A DNA stretch of 64,000 nt from Bacteroidota bacterium (GTDB lineage Bacteria > Bacteroidota > Bacteroidia > Bacteroidales > B18-G4): assembly GCA_013202965.1 (NCBI GenBank), contig JABMQZ010000178.1, forward strand, positions 24,344 through 88,343. Reading direction: 5' to 3'. The notes beneath the pieces are model-generated. The model made no database searches. It saw only the letters and a program-made list of their open reading frames with translations, and was not told the origin of the DNA. Below are positions 36,198 through 45,107 of this stretch, in pieces (position 1 is the stretch's first letter; the number at the start of each line of letters is the position of its first letter). Position numbers and translations under genes: made by a program.

Positions 36198-36285
36198 AGA
36201 TTAAGGGATTAACAGATTAACGGATTAACAGATTAACGGATTTGCGGATTGACGGATTTGCGGATTAACAGATTTGCGATTTAAC
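36198..36285. repeat. Octamer tandem array, 11 units (RGATTAAC / GGATTTGC)
   Basis: Units are agattaag ggattaac agattaac ggattaac agattaac ggatttgc ggattgac ggatttgc ggattaac agatttgc gatttaac. The array ends 18 nt before the ATG at 36304, in a divergent intergenic region. Confidence 0.9.
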
Positions 36286-36303
36286 TATAAGCTTCATTAA
36301 ATT

Positions 36304-36654
36304 ATGAATATAGAAGATCTTAGAGCATACTGTCTTTTAAAGAAAGGCGTTACGGAAAGTTTTCCTTTTAATGAGACCACCCTTGTTTTTAAAGTCATGA
36401 ACAAGATGTTTGCACTTACAGATCTGGAAGGAGAGCTGAGCGTGAGCATTAAATGTGATCCGGAACTTGCGATCAGTCTGAGGGAACAATATACCGCCGT
36501 AAGGCCCGCCTGGCATTTCAATAAAAAGCATTGGAATAATGTGCTTATTGATGGCAGTGTCGATATTTCACTCATCAAAGAGTGGATCGATCATTCCTAT
36601 GAACTGGTGGTGAGTAAGCTGCCGTTAAAGGATAGAAAGGCGTTGGAAAGTTGA
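36304..36654 (+). CDS. MmcQ/YjbR family protein
   Basis: 116 aa. MNIEDLRAYCLLKKGVTESFPF...LVFKVMNKMFAL...WHFNKKHWNNV fits the YjbR family pattern. Confidence 0.8.
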   Translation: MNIEDLRAYCLLKKGVTESFPFNETTLVFKVMNKMFALTDLEGELSVSIKCDPELAISLREQYTAVRPAWHFNKKHWNNVLIDGSVDISLIKEWIDHSYELVVSKLPLKDRKALES

Positions 36655-36699
36655 TATCAGATATCAGATATCAGAGATCAGAAATCAGAATTTGAGAAT
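36653..36699. repeat. Heptamer tandem array (GATATCA x3, GAGATCA, GAAATCA, then degenerate units)
   Basis: The array starts inside the TGA stop of the YjbR-like gene. It fills the whole 45 nt gap up to the stop codon of the convergent small membrane protein gene. Confidence 0.9.
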
Positions 36700-36945
36700 C
36701 TATAGTTCTTTTGGTTTCCTTTTTTTAAGCATACCAAACAACAAATAACCCAGGGCCGCGCCCCAGAGCATGCTCAGGTAAGGATTGGAGGTGATTGCAC
36801 AGCCGCCTGAACTGCAGCCCACTTCTATATAATAAATGTATCCGCCAATAGCGCCAACTACGGCACCAATTACAGGGAGGAAATTGAATTTGGATTTTTT
36901 CTTTGCAGGGGCTGACGGCATGTCAGTATTTTGTTGATCTGTCAT
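36700..36945 (-). CDS. Small membrane protein with CSSGGC motif
   Basis: 81 aa with two predicted TM helices flanking EVGCSSGGCAITSNP. Both termini are basic. No family assigned with confidence. Confidence 0.55.
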   Translation of the reverse strand: MTDQQNTDMPSAPAKKKSKFNFLPVIGAVVGAIGGYIYYIEVGCSSGGCAITSNPYLSMLWGAALGYLLFGMLKKRKPKEL

Positions 36946-37000
36946 AATTCGCTTATTAAATATCTAAAGAGTTAGATGTAATCAAAGGCTGTGCCAAAGA

Positions 37001-39424
37001 TCAGTGAAACCGAACGATCGTGATCCCCTGCCCGCCTCTTTCAACATGTGCATCGCTGAATTGTTCAATTTCATCAAGGCCTTGCAGGTATTCACGGATG
37101 ATCTGACGAAGGATGCCATCTCCTTTGCCATGCAAAATGCTCACTTCTTTTACACTGAGCAAAATGGCATCATCAATATATCTCTGGATATCTTCCAGGG
37201 CTTCCCAGGCCCGCTTGCCACGCAGGTCAATGCTTGGCTTAAACTGTGCTGCCCGCTCATTGATATTGCTCATCACACTCCCGGAAGCTTTATGGCTTTT
37301 TTTAGGAGCGGCTATCCCTGGATCTTTGATTTTTCTCAGGTCTTTCAGTGGAATCTTTATCGTTACCGAGCCGGTAAGGACATTGGCATACTTAGCCTTC
37401 AGTGAGATCACTTCAGCAGTTTTTCCGTATGGGATGATCTCAACCTGATCGCCTGCTTCAACAGGCCCCGGAAGATATTGTAATGCCTTATTGACAGCTG
37501 CTGCGATTGCCGTCTTTTTCTTTTTTTGTTTCGGTTTTACCCGGATGATCTTTTCCGTTTCTTCGGCCAGTTCTTTTCTTAGCTTCCTGGTTTTTTCTTT
37601 TTCTGCACCGGCTTCCCTGATCTCTTTAATGGTGTGCTCAATACGCTTATTTGTTCCTGCAATGATCTCTCTGGCTTCCTGCCTGGCCTGCTCAAGGATC
37701 TCAGCCTTTTTCGTGTTCAGCTCATCAATGAGTCGTTCATATTTTTCGATCATCTCCGAAAGAAAGTTGTCAGCAACTCCGTATGTTTCCTTTTCTTTGG
37801 CAAGATGTATCTTTTCTGTTTCCAGTTCCTGCAATTGCTTTTCAAAATCTATCTGAGAATAGCCACTGATGGATGCGGCATGATCAAGCACATCTTCCGG
37901 GAAGCCTGTCTGCCGTGCAATTTCAAAGGCGAAGGAACTGCCGGGATTCCCGCTTCTGAGAATATATAATGGCTTCAGCTCATTGGTGTCGAACAGCATG
38001 GCTCCGTTCATGATGCCGTCTTCTTCGTCGGCCAGCAGTTTGATGTTTGCATAATGCGTTGTGACCACACCGAATGCCTTCCCTTTGTTCAGGGCGTGCA
38101 GGGCTGCCTCTGCAATGGCACCTCCGAGCTGGGGTTCGGTGCCGGTCCCGAACTCATCAATAAGAAAGAGGGTGTTCCTGTTTCCATGCTGAATGAAATG
38201 CCTGATGTTAAGCAAATGCGAACTGTAAGTGCTCAGGTCGTTTTCCAGGCTTTGCTCATCTCCGATATCCAGAAAAATGTCCTTGAAAATGCCGGCTTCC
38301 GATTCTTCTTCCATCGGGACAAGACATCCGCATTGAAGCATATATTGTAACAGCCCGACAGTCTTCAGACAAACAGACTTTCCTCCTGCATTGGGTCCGG
38401 AGATCACCAGGATGCGGTTCCTGCTGTTGAGTTCCAGATCCATGGGGACGATTGTCTTCTTTTGCTCTTTCAGTGAAAGATATAGCAAAGGATGTCTGGC
38501 ATTATGCCAGTTGAAGATGGTTGCCGGCTTGATGTGTGGCTTCACTCCTTCAATCAACAAGGCATATTTTGCTTTCGCACGGATAAAATCAATCTGACCC
38601 AGGAAATCATAAGCATAAATCAACTGCTTGCTTTTTGGACGTAAGAGGTCGGTAAAGCTGATCAGTATATGTATGATCTCCCTTCTTTCTGAATTTTCAA
38701 GTTCACGGATCTCATTATTCAGGTCAAAGACTTCAGTGGGTTCAATATAAACGGTCTGCCCGGTAGCGGATTCGTCATGGATAAAGCCATGTACCTGCCT
38801 TTTATTGGCTGCCTGCACAGGGATAACCAGCCTGCCGTTCCTGATGGTTACCTCCGCGTTTTCAGGGGCAAAACCTGCTTTTCTGGCATCTGTCATACTA
38901 CGCTTGATCCTGCCATCAATCGACTTTTGCTTACGGTGAAGCTTCATTCGGATATCTCTGAGTTCCGGCGAGGCCGTATCCTTTATCATCCCCTTATCGT
39001 CGATGATGCCTTCAATGATTTTTAGCAGATCCTTTTCGGTCTCCAGATCCTGGGTGAGTGCGGTCAATTCAGGATAAAACACGCTGTCAGGACTTTTAAA
39101 AAATTCCAGGCAGTTATTGATGGTTTCCAGGGATGATTTCAGGTCGAATAAGGTTTCCGGATCAAGGTATGTGCCTTTGAGCTTGATCCGCTTGAGTTCA
39201 GGGGTGAGATCGAAATACCCGGAATTGGGAAATGGTTTTCCTGCAAGAAGAATCTGTTTGAACTCTTCGGCTTGATTGAGCAGGGTTTGCACCTTGCCAT
39301 GACTTGACTCAAAACGAATGTCCTCCACATGCTTTTTTCCGAGCGGACTGATGCATCCCTCACTCAGCATATCCCTGATTTTATCAAAGCCGATCTTTTG
39401 TTCGAAATTTTCGGGGTAGATCAT
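37001..39424 (-). CDS. mutS2: Endonuclease MutS2 (MutS domain V ATPase plus C-terminal Smr domain)
   Basis: 807 aa with Walker A GPNAGGKS and DEFGTGTEP. The C-terminal Smr domain has LDLRGKR...ILHGKGDGILRQ. Confidence 0.93.
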   Translation of the reverse strand: MIYPENFEQKIGFDKIRDMLSEGCISPLGKKHVEDIRFESSHGKVQTLLNQAEEFKQILLAGKPFPNSGYFDLTPELKRIKLKGTYLDPETLFDLKSSLETINNCLEFFKSPDSVFYPELTALTQDLETEKDLLKIIEGIIDDKGMIKDTASPELRDIRMKLHRKQKSIDGRIKRSMTDARKAGFAPENAEVTIRNGRLVIPVQAANKRQVHGFIHDESATGQTVYIEPTEVFDLNNEIRELENSERREIIHILISFTDLLRPKSKQLIYAYDFLGQIDFIRAKAKYALLIEGVKPHIKPATIFNWHNARHPLLYLSLKEQKKTIVPMDLELNSRNRILVISGPNAGGKSVCLKTVGLLQYMLQCGCLVPMEEESEAGIFKDIFLDIGDEQSLENDLSTYSSHLLNIRHFIQHGNRNTLFLIDEFGTGTEPQLGGAIAEAALHALNKGKAFGVVTTHYANIKLLADEEDGIMNGAMLFDTNELKPLYILRSGNPGSSFAFEIARQTGFPEDVLDHAASISGYSQIDFEKQLQELETEKIHLAKEKETYGVADNFLSEMIEKYERLIDELNTKKAEILEQARQEAREIIAGTNKRIEHTIKEIREAGAEKEKTRKLRKELAEETEKIIRVKPKQKKKKTAIAAAVNKALQYLPGPVEAGDQVEIIPYGKTAEVISLKAKYANVLTGSVTIKIPLKDLRKIKDPGIAAPKKSHKASGSVMSNINERAAQFKPSIDLRGKRAWEALEDIQRYIDDAILLSVKEVSILHGKGDGILRQIIREYLQGLDEIEQFSDAHVERGGQGITIVRFH

Positions 39425-39443
39425 GGCTCAAAGATAAGGTTTT

Positions 39444-39475
39444 ATGCACAGACGTTTCATGAAACGTCTGTGCAT
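39444..39475. promoter_or_regulatory. Perfect 32 bp palindrome in the mutS2/cutC divergent region
   Basis: atgcacagacgtttca|tgaaacgtctgtgcat: 16+16 nt with no mismatch. It lies 20 nt upstream of the mutS2 ATG and 74 nt upstream of the cutC ATG. No flanking U-run is present, so it is not an intrinsic terminator. Confidence 0.5.
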
Positions 39476-39548
39476 GTTCAATGTTCCTGGTGCCTGATAA
39501 AGATTTATAGTGAAGAATGATTATTTTCGTAGTTCAAATCGCAAACCA

Positions 39549-40295
39549 ATGTCTGAAATCCTGATTGAAGCCTGTGTTACCTCTGCTGTATCAGCTATGA
39601 ATGCAGAAAAGGGTGGCGCTTTGCGGGTAGAACTTTGTGAGAACCTCATCGAAGGAGGAACCACCCCCAGCGCTGGAATGATCATCAAAACCCGTGAGCA
39701 TATCTCCATTGGCCTGTTTGTCATGATCCGTCCACGTGGAGGTGATTTTTGCTATTCTGAAATTGAATTTGAGATCATGAGGGAAGATGTAAAAACCGCA
39801 GCATCGCTTGGTGCCGATGGCGTGGTTGCCGGCATACTCCATCCTGACGGCACTATCGATGTTGAAAGAATGGCGGAACTTAAAGCACTGTCAGCTGATA
39901 TGGGATTCACCTGTCACCGTGCTTTTGATATGACTGCAGATAAGTTCAAAGCCCTGGAGGATCTCATCAGTATTGGAGTCGACCGCATCCTGAGCAGTGG
40001 TGGCAAAAATAAAGCGTCTGAAGGCATCAGCCTCATCAGGCAGTTGATCGATAGAGCGAATGGACGCATCATCATTATGCCGGGAAGTGGTGTGAATGAA
40101 GAAACAGTATCAGAGATCAGGGAAAATTCCGGCGCTAAAGAATTTCATGTTACCGGACGCAGCCTTGTTCCCGGAAGAATGAAATACAGAAATCCCGATA
40201 TATCGATGGGAGATAATCCACTTGTACCCGAATTTGACCAATGGATCACCAACCCGGACAGGATAAGGAGGATTGTTGACATGGCTGACAAATAG
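39549..40295 (+). CDS. cutC: CutC family protein (copper homeostasis protein CutC, TIM barrel)
   Basis: LIEACVTS...AEKGGALRVELC...RPRGGDF...CHRAFD are typical CutC motifs. The ORF track starts at a GTG at 39510; the ATG at 39549 (MSEILIEAC) matches usual CutC N-termini. Confidence 0.85.
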   Translation: MSEILIEACVTSAVSAMNAEKGGALRVELCENLIEGGTTPSAGMIIKTREHISIGLFVMIRPRGGDFCYSEIEFEIMREDVKTAASLGADGVVAGILHPDGTIDVERMAELKALSADMGFTCHRAFDMTADKFKALEDLISIGVDRILSSGGKNKASEGISLIRQLIDRANGRIIIMPGSGVNEETVSEIRENSGAKEFHVTGRSLVPGRMKYRNPDISMGDNPLVPEFDQWITNPDRIRRIVDMADK

Positions 40296-40298
40296 CAT

Positions 40299-42806
40299 AT
40301 GAAAAAATATTTATTATATATCTTTATCCTGATGATACTAGCTTCCTGCAGTCATAAAAACCGGATCAAACAGGATTTGTCGACAGCCTGGGAATTCCAC
40401 CAAATAAATGACGACAAAACTTATTCAGCAAATGTTCCCGGATGCATCCATACCGACCTGTATGAACACGGGCTTATTCCTGATCCGTATTTCAGGGATA
40501 ATGAATCCTCTGTGCAATGGATTGGTGAATCAACATGGGTATACACATCTGAATTCATCCCGGATCCCGGACTTCTTGAAAAAGAAAATATTGAATTGGT
40601 ATTTGAAGGACTTGACACATATGCGAAAGTTTTTTTAAATGATTCCCTCATCACTTCAGCCGATAATATGTTTCGCACATGGAAGGCAGATGTCAAAAAC
40701 CTCCTGGTCCCCGGATCCAATATTTTATCAATAGTCTTTTCCCCACCGGGAGAAAAAAATGCAGAAAAAGCTGCGGCTCTACCCTATAAGTTGCCTGACA
40801 ACAGGGCCTTCACACGGAAGTCACCTTATCATTTTGGCTGGGACTGGGGCCCCGAAATCATCAGCTGCGGGATATGGAAACCGGTATATCTAAATAGCTG
40901 GGAGCATTTCAGGATACAAAATGTATATGTAAGCCATCCTCCTCCGTCTGGCGAGGGTGTAAATATCAATATTCATCTTGCGATTGAAGCAGATGCCGCA
41001 CAAAGTGTACGGATCAAGGTTTTTGATGATGAAAAGAACCGGCGACTGGCTTTTGAGAAACATGATCTGGAAGCCGGAATCAATCATGTTACTCTGGATT
41101 ATTATCTCGAAAACCCGGAATTATGGTGGCCGAACGGCCTGGGTGAACCAAAGCTGTATACCATCAGGATCAGTGTGATGGATATGGGATGGGAAGATGA
41201 GCAGATCACAACATTTGGTATCAGGGAAATTGAACTCATCAGGGATGAAGATGAATTTGGGGAAAGCTTTTATTTTAAGGTTAACGGCATAGCTGTCTTT
41301 ATGAAGGGTGCCAATTATATTCCACAGGATAATTTCCTTCCCCGGGTGAATAGTCTTCGTTATAAAAAGCTGATCAAATCCGTTGTGGATGCCAATATGA
41401 ACATGCTTCGGGTCTGGGGCGGAGGTTTTTATGAAAATGATATTTTTTATGACCTCTGTGACCGGAATGGTATTCTGCTGTGGCAGGATTTCATGTTTGC
41501 CTGCAATATGTATCCGGGAGATGATCATTTCCTGGCGAACGTGAAGTCAGAAGCCATCGACAATGTTACACGCCTGAGAAACCACCCATGCATTGCCCTG
41601 TGGTGCGGGAATAATGAAATTGATGAAGGCTGGCACAATTGGGAATGGCAGAAGCAACTTGGATATTCGACGAAAGATTCTATCGGTGTATGGCATGATT
41701 ATGAAACTGTTTTTCATGACATTCTACCTGCTGTAGTTGAAAAATATGATCCCGGAACAATCTACCGGCCGTCATCTCCCATGACTGGCTGGGGCAAGGA
41801 TGAAGCATATACCCAGGGTGATGTCCATTACTGGGGCGTATGGTGGGGCGAAGAGGCATTTGACATGTACCGTGAAAAAACCGGGCGGTTTATGAGCGAA
41901 TACGGATTCCAGGGAATGCCATCAATGGAAAGCGTGCTCTCTTTCACCGAACCGCAAGACAGGTACATCGGGTCCCCCGTGATGGAAGCACACCAGAAAC
42001 ATCCACGGGGAGCTGAACTGATCCAAAAATATATGGAGCGGGAATTCATCGTACCTGAAAAGTTTGAGGATTATCTTTATGTGAGCCAGGTTTTACAGGC
42101 TGAGGGAATGGCAGAAGCTTTTCTTTCCCACCGGATATCACAGCCTTATTGCATGGGGACACTCTACTGGCAATTGAACGACTGCTGGCCGGTGACCTCC
42201 TGGGCCGGGCTGGATTATTATGGTAAGTGGAAAGCGCTGCATTATCATGTGAAGCGGGCTTATGCGCCTGTCATGATCAGGGTAGCTGAGAAAGAAGGCA
42301 GCATTGATGTCTATGCCGTAAATGATCATTTGGAAGACAAAGAAGTGGAACTGCGCCTTGAATTAATGGATTTTAATGGAACCAGGATTGTGAGCAAGCG
42401 GGAAACGATAGTACTGCCTGCCCGGACCAATCAATTGATCTATTCAATGTCCGATAAAGTAGATGATCCTGAAAATACGGTTCTTTTTTCCGGCTTATTT
42501 GAGAATGATTCAGCTGTTTCCAGTTCATTTCATTATTTTGCTCCAACAAAAGATATGAAACTACCGGATCCGGGCCTGACATTTGAAATTGATAAAACAG
42601 CTTCGGGCTTGCAGCTGACCCTGCATACAGTAAAACACGCCAGGCAGATATACCTGGAGGTGCCGGGCTTTGATGGGCGTTTTGACGATAACTTTTTCGA
42701 TATGGCTGCCGGCGAAACAAAAACTGTTGATTATGAAGGGAGTACAGATGTCAATAAGATGTCTGAAAAACTAAAAATAAAAAGTATTTATGACACCTAT
42801 CACTAA
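40299..42806 (+). CDS. GH2 beta-mannosidase (lipoprotein)
   Basis: 835 aa with a lipobox (LASCSH). WQDFMFACNMYP, WCGNNE (acid/base Glu) and MSEYGFQGMP (nucleophile Glu) fit GH2 beta-mannosidases. Confidence 0.88.
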   Translation: MKKYLLYIFILMILASCSHKNRIKQDLSTAWEFHQINDDKTYSANVPGCIHTDLYEHGLIPDPYFRDNESSVQWIGESTWVYTSEFIPDPGLLEKENIELVFEGLDTYAKVFLNDSLITSADNMFRTWKADVKNLLVPGSNILSIVFSPPGEKNAEKAAALPYKLPDNRAFTRKSPYHFGWDWGPEIISCGIWKPVYLNSWEHFRIQNVYVSHPPPSGEGVNINIHLAIEADAAQSVRIKVFDDEKNRRLAFEKHDLEAGINHVTLDYYLENPELWWPNGLGEPKLYTIRISVMDMGWEDEQITTFGIREIELIRDEDEFGESFYFKVNGIAVFMKGANYIPQDNFLPRVNSLRYKKLIKSVVDANMNMLRVWGGGFYENDIFYDLCDRNGILLWQDFMFACNMYPGDDHFLANVKSEAIDNVTRLRNHPCIALWCGNNEIDEGWHNWEWQKQLGYSTKDSIGVWHDYETVFHDILPAVVEKYDPGTIYRPSSPMTGWGKDEAYTQGDVHYWGVWWGEEAFDMYREKTGRFMSEYGFQGMPSMESVLSFTEPQDRYIGSPVMEAHQKHPRGAELIQKYMEREFIVPEKFEDYLYVSQVLQAEGMAEAFLSHRISQPYCMGTLYWQLNDCWPVTSWAGLDYYGKWKALHYHVKRAYAPVMIRVAEKEGSIDVYAVNDHLEDKEVELRLELMDFNGTRIVSKRETIVLPARTNQLIYSMSDKVDDPENTVLFSGLFENDSAVSSSFHYFAPTKDMKLPDPGLTFEIDKTASGLQLTLHTVKHARQIYLEVPGFDGRFDDNFFDMAAGETKTVDYEGSTDVNKMSEKLKIKSIYDTYH

Positions 42807-43656
42807 TATCCGCTTAGCGTGGATCGCCGTATTTTTGTTGATCTTGCTTATGCCCTGTTCAGGCCAGGAACGAGAAAATATTGAAGTAATAACATTTAAC
42901 ATCCGATACGATAATCCGGCTGATGGAATATTTTCCTGGGAAAATCGTAAGGATATGGTCTTTTGGGTGATAGCTAAATATGATCCGGATATCCTTGGCA
43001 TCCAGGAAGCCTTAAAAAGCCAGGTCGATGAACTTGAAGAATTTCTTACGGAGTACAGCTGGTTGGGAGCAGGCAGGAATGACGGGCATCATCAGGGCGA
43101 GTATGTACCGATCTTCTTTAAAAAAGACAGGTTCATGCTGGCTGAAGAAGGTCATTTCTGGTTATCTAAAACGCCGGAAATACCCGGTAGCATGGGCTGG
43201 GATGCCGCATGTACGCGTATGGTGAGCTGGGTGAAACTCAATGAAGCCCGGAGCGGGAATGAATACTTTGTTTTTAATACACATTTTGATCATATTGGTG
43301 AAGAAGCAAGAGAGAATAGTGCCCGTCTGCTCACCGACAGCATCCTTAGTATTGCAGGTTCCGGGCCGGTGATCATCACGGGCGACCTGAATGCAGACCC
43401 CGAATCCGGAACAGTGAAAGTATTATCGCAATTATTTTCGGATTCCAGGCTCGGAGCTGAAGTGTCGGAAACAGCTTCGGGAACAACATTTATCGGCTTT
43501 CCAGCGGATATGAACCAGGGAAAGATTATCGATCATATTTTTGTAAGTAAGCATTTTATTATAGAAGAATATGAGATCATATCCGATAATACAGGCGGAT
43601 ATTATCCGTCAGACCATTTACCCGTATGGGTGTGCCTGCAAATGAGTGCACAATAA
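42790..43656 (+). CDS. Endonuclease/exonuclease/phosphatase (EEP) family protein, secreted
   Basis: 288 aa with a signal peptide. TFNIRYDN, ILGIQEA, TGDLNA and SDHLPV are EEP catalytic motifs. It overlaps the upstream gene by 17 nt. Confidence 0.85.
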   Translation: MTPITNIRLAWIAVFLLILLMPCSGQERENIEVITFNIRYDNPADGIFSWENRKDMVFWVIAKYDPDILGIQEALKSQVDELEEFLTEYSWLGAGRNDGHHQGEYVPIFFKKDRFMLAEEGHFWLSKTPEIPGSMGWDAACTRMVSWVKLNEARSGNEYFVFNTHFDHIGEEARENSARLLTDSILSIAGSGPVIITGDLNADPESGTVKVLSQLFSDSRLGAEVSETASGTTFIGFPADMNQGKIIDHIFVSKHFIIEEYEIISDNTGGYYPSDHLPVWVCLQMSAQ

Positions 43657-43704
43657 ACCGGGAAAAATCTTTATTTTCGCTTAAACCCAAAACTCAAACC
43701 AAAT

Positions 43705-45084
43705 ATGCTTGCAGAACAACAGGAAAGTAAAACAAGAAATTATACAGCTGCCCTTGTGGTGGTGACCAGCTTGTTTTTTATGTGGGGTTTCATGACCGTA
43801 CTGAACGACATCCTTATCCCATACCTCAAAGGAGTTTTTGATCTCAATCACACCAGGGCCATGTTGGTGCAATTTGCCTTTTTTATGGCATATTTTATTG
43901 GCTCTGTGATATATTTCATCATATCCATTATGAAGGGAGATCCAATCAGCCGCATAGGATATAAAAAGGGTATCATCGCAGGCCTGCTCATTTCAGCCAC
44001 AGGTAGTGCCCTGTTTTATCCCGCAGCAGAATTTAAAATGTATGGATTTTTTCTCGCAGCACTGTTTGTGATGGGCCTGGGTTTTACCTTGCTACAAATT
44101 GCTGCAAATCCATATGTAGCTATTCTTGGCCCTGAAAAATCGGCATCGAGCAGACTCAACCTTTCACAGGGATTTAATTCATTGGGGACCACCATTGGGC
44201 CGATCATCGGAGGCTTCCTGATCTTTAAATATTTTGCCGGCAGTCACGTCAGCGGAGCTGATGCCGTAAAGATCCCGTACATATTCTTTACCGGGCTATT
44301 TCTTTTGCTTGCCCTATTGATCAAAGTTTCACATCTGCCACGGGTTACAAGTGGGCTGAGCATTGAAAGAACTGCCGGGGCTTTGCGATACCCTAACCTG
44401 GTATTTGGGGCACTGGCCATTTTCTTTTATGTAGGTGGGGAGGTGAGCATAGGAAGCATCATGATCAGTTTTCTCGGATTGGAAAATATTGCCGGACTGC
44501 AAGAGGCAGAGGCCAGCAAGTATGTAGCATTTTACTGGGGAGGATTGATGATCGGCAGGTTCCTTGGAGCGATCTCTCTCAGCAATATGAAAAATCTGGC
44601 TCTGAAGTATTTGTTGATGCTGGCAGTTCCTGCGGCAGCTTTCCTGGTCATATGGTATTTTAATGGGATTGATCATGCCCTGATCTATGGCATTTTCCTT
44701 ATTGCCAACCTGGCGGCCTTTGTATTTGGAAGGTCCTTGCCTCATCGTACGCTGCTGATATTTGCCCTTATTGCCATAGCATTGCTCATCATTGCTTTAC
44801 TCAACAACGGACAAATTGCCATGTGGGCGATCATTGGCATCGGATTATTCAACTCTATCATGTGGTCGAATATATTTACCCTGTCCATTGAAGGCTTGGG
44901 GAAATTCAAGAGCCAGGGATCATCTTTGCTGGTTATGATGATACTTGGAGGCGCTATCATACCTGTGTTTCAGGGTATGGCCGCAGATGCCTACGGCGTT
45001 CATGCCTCCTTCTTTGTACCGGTGATATGCTATGTATATCTTGCCTTTTATGGCTGGAGGGGGTATAAGAGGAAAACTATTTAG
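43705..45084 (+). CDS. MFS sugar permease, FucP/GluP (FHS) family
   Basis: 459 aa with about 12 TM helices. FFMWGFMTVLNDILIPYLK and LQIAANPYVAILGP are typical of fucose/glucose-galactose:H+ symporters. Confidence 0.88.
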   Translation: MLAEQQESKTRNYTAALVVVTSLFFMWGFMTVLNDILIPYLKGVFDLNHTRAMLVQFAFFMAYFIGSVIYFIISIMKGDPISRIGYKKGIIAGLLISATGSALFYPAAEFKMYGFFLAALFVMGLGFTLLQIAANPYVAILGPEKSASSRLNLSQGFNSLGTTIGPIIGGFLIFKYFAGSHVSGADAVKIPYIFFTGLFLLLALLIKVSHLPRVTSGLSIERTAGALRYPNLVFGALAIFFYVGGEVSIGSIMISFLGLENIAGLQEAEASKYVAFYWGGLMIGRFLGAISLSNMKNLALKYLLMLAVPAAAFLVIWYFNGIDHALIYGIFLIANLAAFVFGRSLPHRTLLIFALIAIALLIIALLNNGQIAMWAIIGIGLFNSIMWSNIFTLSIEGLGKFKSQGSSLLVMMILGGAIIPVFQGMAADAYGVHASFFVPVICYVYLAFYGWRGYKRKTI

Positions 45085-45107
45085 ATGGTATTTAATAAAA
45101 GCATCCA

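Noticed and set aside
36198-36285. Possible CRISPR array (also considered for the heptamer arrays at 3453, 13921, 15671 and 36653)
   Set aside because: The units are only 7-8 bp and directly abut each other with no spacers. No cas genes are in the window. These are simple tandem repeats.
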